Source of the DNA: Eledone cirrhosa
Lineage: Eukaryota
DNA length: 64,000 bases
NCBI GenBank assembly: GCA_964016885.1
Contig: OZ024743.1
Location: 197,160,001-197,224,000, forward strand
Reading direction: 5' to 3'
The position numbers were made by a program, and so were the translations under genes. Shown here piece after piece: positions 1-9,508 of this stretch. The notes beneath the pieces are model-generated. The model did not search any database and was not told where the DNA came from. It saw nothing but the letters and a program-made list of their open reading frames with translations. Every line of letters starts with the position of its first letter. Positions within the stretch are counted from its first letter, which is position 1.

Positions 1-446
1 TTAAGTCTACTACTGAAGAACAAGTAGTTTATTTGATGGGTTCTCATAGTTTTTATCACTTCAATTTCATATACATAATTGGGTTGACCGAAAGCCATTG
101 TAAGAAACAGTTTTAAAAGTTACTCCACAGCAGAATTGAACACACTGATGAGACCCATCAAGATTAAAATATGTCCATTGTTTTCACAAGTTGGCTATCA
201 GGCAAGATCTACATCATTACATTGTCCTAGTTTACAAACAACTTTGATTAATTTGATATTGTTTAAATTGCTTTTCTTGTTACATGCTTCTAGAAATTGA
301 TCCCCTAAAGGAAGTTTGTATCTTCCAATCACAAAGACCATCTAAATTAATAGAAATTTGAAAATGAGAGAATCGCAAATGTAAAAAATAACATTTTCAA
401 ACTTCAAACACCCACAGCACTTTAATAATTCATGTGGTTAATTAAA

Positions 447-526
447 GTCTGTTAGTTTAGATGATTAGATGATATATGTTTGGGTCTGTTAGTTTAGATG
501 TATAGATGATACATGTTTGGGTCTGT
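447..526. repeat. ~38-bp tandem duplication (2 copies)
   Basis: gtctgttagtt(t)tagatg..tagatgata(t/c)atgtttgg occurs twice in tandem, followed by gtctgt. Confidence 0.8.
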
Positions 527-737
527 GAATAGTGTTGAACTACAGTCACTTTATTTGCATTTATGATGGGGCATTTAAAAGTTATGGTTACACACACACA
601 CACATATATAACAATAAGCCCACTGCAATACTGTTACCCACTCTAAAAACTTTCTACCTGTGTTCTTTGGCAATGAAGAGTCGAGTTGAGACCCCCAACC
701 CCGTCTTTACTCTTGTATACATACAGCACACATTTAC

Positions 738-824
738 TCATCTCCATTTTAGGATCTCTACAATCTCTCCAAACCAACTTTCCACCATGGTGATGTTGAT
801 GGTGCAAACCTTGAAGTTTTGTAC
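738..824 (-). other. Candidate 87-nt phase-1/phase-1 host exon
   Basis: Minus strand: ttttttcttcctgtcag acceptor, open frame GTKLQGLHHQHHHGGKLVWRDCRDPKMEM, then gtaaat donor. Unique-looking sequence, no recognised homology. Confidence 0.3.
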
Positions 825-2237
825 CTGACAGGAAGAAAAAAGTTTCTGGGAGTGCTAACACACAAACACACACAACATTCAAATAACTCACACAATTGCT
901 ATTTATCAACATTCAGCATGCACCAAGTATATGCATGCATGCGCGCACACACTAACACACACATCCACAACTAAACACTTCCACAGATTTTTCCCCAAAA
1001 ACATTTTATATGCAAAAAAAAAAAAGGAAATTTTCAAAAATGAAAGGTAACTTAGATATATTTATAAAAATCAAAGCATCTCTTAACAGATTATCTAAAA
1101 CTTTACATTTTACAATCATGCACACACATACACATATATAAATATACAGAGAAAAAAAAATTGTTTCCTCACTAATAATTTAGTAATGTTTCAAAGATCA
1201 TATATGCCAGTGGGGAAAGGGGGCAACACATCAATGAAATGTTTTTTTTTTTTTTTTCATGACATTTGAATCCTAAAATATATAATCCAATGATAAAGAC
1301 AAAAATATAATTGAAATCCATAAATATATTTTGCAAAGTCTCATTTTCGCTGACTATAATATAGTTTTGATGAAATGAAACATGCTATAAAATATTCTAT
1401 ATTTTTCAAAGCGCCTTAACAACCTTTTTTTTTAGTTTTTGTTTTTTCTCATTATTATTATTATATATGTATTATATCTATATTTTGTGGGGTATCTTTT
1501 GATGCAATCTCTGTTCTATCTTCAACTTTTTCTTTCTATATTTTTTCTTCTTTCTTTTCCTCAATTCCATCAATGAACCTCAAAGAAAGACTTGTTTTAA
1601 TAACAAGGTTGAAATATTTACAGTAATTAAATATGATTATTAAACTAACATTTGTTTCACTGATATAGATAAGGATGTTTGTCTATTTTGCTAAAAATAA
1701 TATTTACTTTATTAAAACCAAATTGGGAGACGTAAAACAAAATCTAAAACAAAATAAAAAGCGAATATAAAACACATACATACACACTCACAAAGAAAGA
1801 AAGAAAACATAGTATTAGTAGATGAGAGATGAGAATGATGAGTTAACAAATTGCAGAATGGGTAGAACATTTCCGAAAAAGCTGATGATAAACATAGATA
1901 TTGAGCTTTTAACTATGTAATAGAAAGTGTTGTAGAATTTTGTGTTTGCAGTTATTATTTGTCAATCTCCATTATTTGTAAAAATACAGGGAAGCAAGTT
2001 TTTAACTGTTTCGATAACCACCCCATCGATTCATCTTTGGTTCTAAGATGAAAAAAAAACCCACCTGTATTGCAAAGTTTATATCAAAATTAAAATCTTC
2101 TGTAATACGTTTCATGCAAGGAGCTTTTATTATTCCAAACAGCAACTTCATAATAAAAATGTTACTTCTCAAACTAATCCTTCCAAATTTTTGATTACTT
2201 TTAAAGTTAATTGATATATATATATATATTTTTTTTT

Positions 2238-2555
2238 CATTTTTACGTTGGCTTTTCTCTGCTTGCAAGGGTGGGACGGGAACTGATTCTGGCTTGATTT
2301 CTACAGCTGGATGCCCTTCCTAACACCAACCTCATTTACAGTGAGTGCTGGGTGCTTTTTTGCCGTGGCACCTCCACGACCACTTTACAGTGGAATGATA
2401 TGGACCCCAGTCCCTATCATCTCATTTCTACAGCTGAGTAAACTGGAGCAATGTGAAATAAAGTGTCTTGCTCAAGGAAACAACACATCACCCGGTCTGA
2501 GAATTGAACTCACAACCTTTCGATTGCAAGGCCAATGCTCTAACCACTAAGCCAT
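2238..2555 (-). mobile_element. SINE family B (tRNA head + RTE-LINE-derived tail), short form
   Basis: Near-identical to 41201-41546 in reverse. A box TGGCTTAGTGG, B box GAGTTCAATTC, tail shared with the RTE 3' UTR. Confidence 0.9.
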
Positions 2556-2708
2556 AACGCACCAAAGTACTCAATACTTAGGGTAGTAGAGTGGGTAATA
2601 GGAACAAATAAGACCCAGACGGCTGAGCTCAAGCCGTTTCGACGGCTAATTCAGTCCAGAATTAGCCGTCGAAACGGCTTGAGCTCAGCCGTCGGGGTCT
2701 TATTTGTT

Positions 2709-2713
<5 letters not shown>
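2552..2713 (-). mobile_element. Palindromic HHR-derived short element (116-bp hairpin + unique tail)
   Basis: 55-bp arms (2598-2652, 2659-2713) with 1 mismatch. Homologous to 40776-40970 including the tail tattacccactctacta.cctaagtattgagtact. Abuts (TA)n. Confidence 0.8.
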
Positions 2714-2761
<48 letters not shown>

Positions 2762-2762
<1 letters not shown>

Positions 2763-3110
2763 TATATAAAGAAAAATGAAGTTTTGTTTATGTGTACTTA
2801 GTTATTTATTGTGCATCAACCTGTTATGTGCGTTTCACAGAGGATTGGCTCATGGTCACCCATCGGAGTTATGGACCTGACTCCATTATCGATCTGCTTC
2901 TCAGACTGGCATGGCAATCCAACAAAAGATATAGGTGAGCCTGAGCCAATCCTCTGTGAAACATGCATAACAAGTCTATACACAATAAAAAGACCCCTAA
3001 ATACATGTAAACGAATCTTCATCGTTTTTCTTAATATATACACTCTGCCTGTGCATTGAGTGCTCATATTGGTACTACCACTAGTAATTCACCGAATTAC
3101 ATACACAATA
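2762..3110. mobile_element. Older fold-back element with ~100-bp diverged inverted arms, flanked by (TA)n
   Basis: 2762-2863 is the diverged reverse complement of 2931-3040 (core gtttcacagaggattggctca / tgagccaatcctctgtgaaac). Confidence 0.7.
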
Positions 3111-3367
3111 AATATATATATATATAGGCAGTGTTATTAGAAATATGGACTTAAAAATGTTAAATAACAATGTCTAACTAGTTAAAAAACCACAGGCATA
3201 GCCCAAGAAAGAGAGGGAGTTATGAGGAAGAAGATGTTAACAGAAGCACATTACATTGTATCGTAAAGATGCTTAGAATCAGCATAAACTGGGTTTTTAT
3301 TTGAAATATGGCATTTTAAGGGTTAATCACAATGTCTAACTAGTTAAGAAAAAAAGCCAAAGAAGCC

Positions 3368-3573
3368 TTAACCCATTAGCATTTACATTACTCTATATAT
3401 ACTATTGCATGTTTACAGTTAAGGCTTTATCTCACATATTATCGAATCTATGACATTTTGATGTTATTTATTTTGAGAACAATACCTTAACATCAGTAAG
3501 AGTGGCTAGTGTGAACAGAAAGAGGTGAGAGATTTCTGGCCAGATATGGCCAGTTTAAATGATAAAGGGTTAA
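3368..3573 (+). mobile_element. piggyBac-type MITE family 1
   Basis: TTAA-CCCATTAGCATTT ... AAATGATAAAGGG-TTAA; ~10 homologous copies in the window. Confidence 0.85.
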
Positions 3574-3732
3574 ATGCTGGGGTGGTGATAGGAGAGAAGG
3601 AAATTTCAATAAAAGCATATTACAGTGTATTACAATGATTACTCAGAATTGGCACAGACTGGGGATTGTCAGATTAACCATGATAATCATAGAGAACCAG
3701 TTCAGATACAGATAACTCATACTGTATTACCT

Positions 3733-3961
3733 TTAACCCTTTAACATTGACATTACTCTATATTTACTATTGTATTTTCACAGAAAAGGTTTTACCTCAC
3801 ATACATATCTCACATAATATCGAATCTATGAGAATTTGATATTATTTATTTTGAGAACAATACCTTAAAGCCAGTATGAAGGGCCAGTTATGGCCAGTTT
3901 GAACAGAAAGAGGTGAGAGAATTCTGGCTGGATATGGCCGATTTAAATGCTAAAGGGTTAA
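3733..3961 (+). mobile_element. piggyBac-type MITE family 1
   Basis: TTAA-CCCTTTAACATT ... AATGCTAAAGGG-TTAA. Confidence 0.85.
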
Positions 3962-5162
3962 ATCACACCACTACCATCTTAAATTAAAAAAAATATAATG
4001 AACAATGTGGTTGACCAGATATGAAATATTACAGCTCAAACACATTTGATCGTAGGTTTATTTAGTCAGTTGTCAATCAATGTGTGGAATCTTGGTCAAG
4101 TGTCATTTGCCACAACTTCTGGTCAAGTTAAATGGTGAGTAAATTGGGTAGATGGAAACTATTGGAAGCCTACTGAGTAGACTGTACCTGTAATTCAATG
4201 GGTACATGAGACTGAGAAATGCTCAGCCACAAAACACATTAATTTCATGAGGAGCAAAGAGTTGATCAAACAACTAGAAAACTTATTGTTGAACCAGACG
4301 GAGATTCATTTTTACAGATTTAGAGTAAACCTGGAGCTAAACCATAATACACCACATACACATATAAACACCAGACACACATTCACATATAAACACACAC
4401 ATACATAAACATGCATACACATAAACATACACACACACCACATGCGTATATAAACACATACATACACATATAAACACACACACACTCAGACACACACAAA
4501 CACACATACTTTTAAAGATATAACAACAATTCTAAAAACACCTTATATTCTACATAAAGAAAATTCCTAAAATTATAGAAAAAAAAGCAATAAATACATA
4601 CATAAATATCACAAAATGTTTTGCATTATAAATAAGTTGGAGATAAAATATACTTCTGATGATAGAAAAAAATTAAAACAAAGAAACTGTTTGAATATTA
4701 AAGAGAATGAAACAAGGAACTGTTGAAAGAATGGAAGCAAAATATATATCTAAACACATAGTCTTATAAATTCTTATGAATAACACCAATAAAATAAATT
4801 ATTCATTTAAAAAAAGGTTAAAATCTCATAAAAATTATGTTTGAATACTTTTCTGTTTTTTACTTCAAATATTTCAAAACAAATTAAAGAGCCAATAAAC
4901 AATAAAATGAAATAAAAATTGTTTGTATTTCTTCTAGATACAGTTTTATAAAGCTTGACCTTTCTAAATATTGATCTTGATGTTTGTGTACTGTTTATAT
5001 ATAACAGACTACTAATGAATGTAGCCATACATACACACACATGTAAGGTATAAAATATTTGTATTTAATGGAATATTCCTGTTAGTCTAATGATAAGGCT
5101 GTAAATCAATTAAATACTTTAATTAAAATCCTTATTAATCTTTGTTCTTTATATATATGAAT

Positions 5163-5587
5163 GTATATATAGTGTATTTTGCAATGCACTGTATGCTTAA
5201 TTAAAGGCATTTCGAAGACCTTATGCTATTGTTTTAGAGTAGTGACAGTCTCACTTACTTTAAATGTTCAGCAAACAGGGGAGATCAAGCTGACAGAGCT
5301 CTGTTTCGTACTGATTGGTACTTATCAAAGCCAAGTACTCCACCCGTTTGCTGAAAATCATGAATGTTTGATTCTTATAGAATTCTAGTAATAATCAGGA
5401 ACTGATTATACAGAGCGGTTGCCGGTCAAGCAGAAATTGAAAATTAGAATTGGTGCTCTGAAATAGCGATATATATATATTAACGTATATATAGTGTATT
5501 TTGCAATACACTGTATGCTTAATTAAAAGCATTTCGAAGACCTTACGCTATTGTTTTAGAGTAGTGACAGTCTCACTTACTTTAAAT
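5163..5587 (-). mobile_element. Terminally redundant HHR element (retrozyme or PLE pLTR-like; 322-bp period)
   Basis: 103-bp direct repeats at 5163-5265 and 5485-5587 (3 mismatches) enclose a hammerhead; TA-rich ends. Confidence 0.75.
5267..5355 (-). ncRNA. Type I hammerhead ribozyme, U3-A8 core variant
   Basis: Minus strand: GGCU-UUGAUAA-GUAC(caauca)GUAC-GAAA-CAGAGCUCU-GUC-AGCU. Stem I is extended by UUCAGCAAAC/GUUUGCUGAA. Confidence 0.85.
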
Positions 5588-5703
5588 TTTGAGGACGTAC
5601 TGTTGAACTTAACTCAGTACCTCTGAAATATGTATAATAAAATATATTTGATCACAAGAATATCTATTTTGTTAATATTTTGAATTAATACATATATATA
5701 TAT

Positions 5704-7610
5704 ATGGCCAGGAGGGAAGCTAGGAGACAAGTGTACTTCGCAAGAAGGGAAGCAGAGGAAAGAAAGTTCAAGCATGTTCTACAACGCGAGGACCAAAAAC
5801 GTGAGGTGTTCAGGATTGCTAGGCAATGTGTCAAGGAAAACCGTGATATTGTCGGGGAGAAGTGTGTACTTAACGATGATGGCGTACTTGCCATCACTGA
5901 CGCTGATAAGAAGGTAGCTTGGAAGTGTCACTACGAAAGGCTACTAAATGAGGAGAATAAATGGGAGAAGGATAGTCTCCCCCAGATCGATCCAATAGAG
6001 GGACTAGCAGTGTTAGTTGAAGGTAGTAAAATAAGTAAGGCAATCAAAGATATGAAGACGGGTAAGGCGGCCGGGCCTTCGGAAATAGTTGCTGAGATGC
6101 TGAAAGCCTCCGGTACGGTGGGACACACCATGGTCACCCGGATAGTAAACCAAGTCATACAGAATGGGGTTGTTCCGAAGGACTGGCGTAGCAGCATCAT
6201 CGTTAACTGTTACAAGGGTAAAGGAGACGCCCTAGATAGGAGTAACTATAGAGGCATTAAATTAATCGACCAGGTCATGAAGGTCACGGAAAAAGTAATA
6301 GCGCAACTAATCAGAGAGAGAATTGATCTAGATGAAATGCAGTTCGGGTTTGTGTCAGGCAAAAGTACCACAGACGCTCTTTTCATTGTACGACAACTAC
6401 AGGAGAAGTACCTAGCTAAAAGTAAACCCCTATACTTAGCATTTGTCGACTTGGAGAAAGCCTTCAACAGAGTCCCCCGTTCCATTATCTGGTGGGCTCT
6501 TAGAAAACTAGGTGTTGACGAATGGCTTGTGCGAGCCATACAAGCCATGTATAAAGAAACAGTGAGCAAGGTTAGAATTAACAACGAATATAGTGAAGAG
6601 TTTAGCGTAAAAGTTGGTGTCCATCAGGGCTCTGTTCTTAGCCCCCTAATATTTATTATTGCCCTTCAGGCTATAACAGAGGAGTTCAAGACCGGCTGCC
6701 CAGAAATTCCAAACATGGAAGCACGGCCTAGAATCAAAAGGCCTTCAAATTAACCTGGCTAAGACTAAAGTTCTAGTTTGTAGGAAAGAAAATAAGGCGC
6801 CGGTCCCCTCCGGGAAATGGCCATGCTCAGTGTGTAGGAAAGGCGTAGGGAGAAACTCCATTTTATGTCCCAAATGCAAAGTATGGGTGCATAAAAGATG
6901 TAGTGGGATCACAGGTAAGCTAACTAAGAACACAGATTTTACATGTGGCCGGTCCTCTGGTGCAATAAGTAGCAGCAAGTGCCCACAAAATACTACCTCA
7001 TTCAATTGCGCAGAGGGCTCTATAGAAATAGTGGACAGCTTCCGTTACCTGGGTGACAAAATCAGCAGTGGGGGAGGGTGCTCTGAAAGTACAGTAGCTA
7101 GAGTCAGAACTGGATGGAAAAAGTTCAGAGAGCTTATACCACTATTAGCCGCTAAAGGGTTCTCCCTAAAAATGAAAGGCAGGTTGTATGATGCCTGCAT
7201 ACGAACAGCAATGTTGCATGGCAGTGAGACCTGGGCATTGTGTGCAGAGGATATACGCAGACTAGAGAGGAACGAAGCTTGCATGCTCTGCTGGATGTGT
7301 AATAGTAATATACGTGAACGGCAAAGCATAAACGAACTAAGGAAAAAAATTAGAAATAAGAGGGATCAGATGTTGTTTACTCGAGAGAAGGCTACGTTGG
7401 TATGGTCACGTGATGCACATGAAAGACAACAGCTGTATAACAAAGTGCAGGGCAATAAAGATAGATGGTAGCCACGGAGTAGGCAGACCCAGGAAAACCT
7501 GGGACGAGCTGATAAATTCCGACCTCACACACTTACACCTCTCCAAGACAATGTCACTGGACCGAGACCTTTGGCGGTACTCAGTAACAGAGAAGACCCG
7601 CCTTACCTAA
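5704..7610 (+). pseudogene. Disrupted RTE reverse transcriptase ORF with PHD-like Cys/His cluster
   Basis: Three frames (5704-6753, ~6700-7350, ~7350-7610). The YADD segment is missing after TGCP at ~6700. Cluster CSVC..CPKC..WVHKRC..CGRS. Confidence 0.9.
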
Positions 7611-7987
7611 ATACAAAATAAAACCTACTAGTCAGTAGGCATCTCTAACAAAATACACCCCCGTCCCACCCCATCCACACCGCACCCTTCAATGCAAAGT
7701 TATGTTGGTGCCACAACATCCAGGCCGAAACAAACGAGATCGTGTAGGTGTCACGACAAAAAAACACACAGTCCACGCTGTAACGTGACCTTGTAGGCAA
7801 CACGGTAAAAACCTCCCAGTCCCACACTGTAAATGTGGTTGGTGTTAGGAAGGGCATCCAGCTGTAGAAAACCCGCCAGACAGTCCTATGCGAGCAAGAC
7901 AACCACTCTTGCCTCAAGTGGGAAAACCCCCGTCCAAACCCATGCAAGCGTGGAACAGGGACGTTAAACGATGATGATGATGATGAT
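5704..7987 (+). mobile_element. 5'-truncated RTE-clade LINE with 3' UTR and (GAT)n tail
   Basis: RT motifs KAAGPS, NYRGIKL, QFGFV, FVDLEKAF, GVHQGSVLSP, FRYLGD, MLHGSETW; C-terminal GRPRKTW; (GAT)n tail; 5' end sits in (TA)n. Confidence 0.95.
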
Positions 7988-7991
7988 ATAT

Positions 7992-8107
7992 GTTCCCTAC
8001 GAGCGAGACATGGTTGCCTGACTAATCCCGCATCAAATGAAATAAAACCGTCTAACCGATGCTAGCGTGGAAGATGGACGTCAAACGATGATGACGATGA
8101 TGATGAC
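7992..8107 (+). mobile_element. Short RTE 3'-end fragment
   Basis: ccgtctaaccgatgctagcgtggaagatggacgtcaaac followed by (GAT)n. Confidence 0.75.
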
Positions 8108-8378
8108 ATATAACTTTGATTAAAATGACAGGAGGCCGGACTGATGAAGTTTTCTAAAAGTTTTATTGTTGCACAAACACTATATATATTTCAATGGCCA
8201 GGTTATGCAAAACCCTGGCAAAATCGTAAGGTGTGTATTGCATAATTAGTTACTCAATAAAGGAATTATGGTAGACACAAACAGAGAAGAAATAAGCAGA
8301 GAAAATAGAGAAAGTATTTGATTCAGAGAAGGCCTACGGAGTAGGTGTGATGGCAGCTCTCACTGTGGTAATAGATTG

Positions 8379-8442
8379 TATACAGGTATACAGATATGAT
8401 AATGTCTTACCTAAGACATTATCATATCTGCATACCTGTATA
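8379..8442. repeat. 64-bp near-perfect palindrome
   Basis: tatacaggtatacagatatgataatgtctta-cc-taagacattatcatatctgcatacctgtata, 1 mismatch. Confidence 0.9.
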
Positions 8443-8656
8443 TTAAAAGAGCGACTTGCACCAGTGTGATGTCATCAGATGTTAACACAATTGTGTGGGT
8501 GAGTTGATATGTTATGGGCTAATGCGACCATGTTTACTAAAATCCGGAGAACTCCATTACATTTGATCGTCTCCTTTAACCTGGATAGATACAACTGACA
8601 GAGTGTTCTTACTTACTTTCAGCCATTTTTCAATGAGAAGTCATTATGAAACTCTT

Positions 8657-8846
8657 TGGTGGGTGGATTGGCAGTATCGGTAGAGGGTCGGACGCCATGC
8701 TTTCCAGCATAGTTACGTCCCTTTACGATCTGAGTTCAAATCCCGCCGAGGTTGACTTTGCCTTTCATCCTTACGGGGTCGATAAAATAAAGTACCAGTA
8801 ATACACTGGGTAATTGCTGGCCTTGTGACAAAAGTAGAAACAATTA
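8657..8846 (+). mobile_element. SINE family A (tRNA-derived, ~190 bp) with 14-bp TSD
   Basis: A box TGGCAGTATCGG, B box GAGTTCAAATCCC, core gcctttcatccttacggggtcgataaaataaagtaccag. TSD attatgaaactctt at 8643-8656 and 8843-8856. Confidence 0.92.
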
Positions 8847-8974
8847 TGAAACTCTTACAGATGAACAATACAGCAACTAGCAACTCCATTCTCCAAGCGT
8901 AAAACTAATATGCTTTATGTTATTGCATCCTCTTGTTTGTTCGTTTTGTGTTTCCTTGACATATATATATATAT

Positions 8975-9225
8975 ATGAATGTAAAAGGTAAACAGAAATA
9001 ACAACACAATCGGTACAGTATATGGAAGGTATATATTAGGTTAATGTTTGATATAGCAGGAAGAGGGTCTTAACGTTTCGGATGCTAGTCCTTCATCAGA
9101 AGAAAGAATGAGAAATAAAATAGATTGAGGGGACTGGCGGGATGGAATTGGAAAAGATGTCTTTAGATAAAAATAACAGGTCCATTCATGTTGACATCTC
9201 TTGTGTGTATGCGTGCTTGTTTGGG
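8975..9225 (-). mobile_element. Short PLE-pLTR-like element with minimal HHR
   Basis: Reverse-complement homologue of 40505-40753; 3' end abuts (TA)n. Confidence 0.8.
9068..9103 (-). ncRNA. Minimal type I hammerhead motif
   Basis: UCUU-CUGAUGA-A-GGA(cuagca)UCC-GAAA-CG-UU-AAGA; palindromic AACGUU stem III. Confidence 0.75.
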
Positions 9226-9458
9226 GTGACCATATTTCAAATAAACACATACTCACATACATACAGAGGATTAATATCACCATGGTTTCTTTGTATCTAC
9301 AATTTTTTATAGTAAGCTAGTTAGCTAATTATAGCCCACTGTGTGTGTGCATGCAGATACATACATACATATATAAATATATATATATATACAGAGAGAG
9401 GCAGAGAGAGAGAGAGAAGAGAACAAGACAGAGAGAAAAGAACAAGACAGAGAGAAAA

Positions 9459-9508
<50 letters not shown>

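Noticed and set aside
2311-2550. Recurrent [14 protein letters not shown]...[12 protein letters not shown]
   Set aside because: Antisense translation of SINE B; recurrence reflects repeat copies.
5931-6584. Antisense ORFs over the RTE (and over the mariner at 57745-57945)
   Set aside because: Shadow frames of transposon coding sequence.
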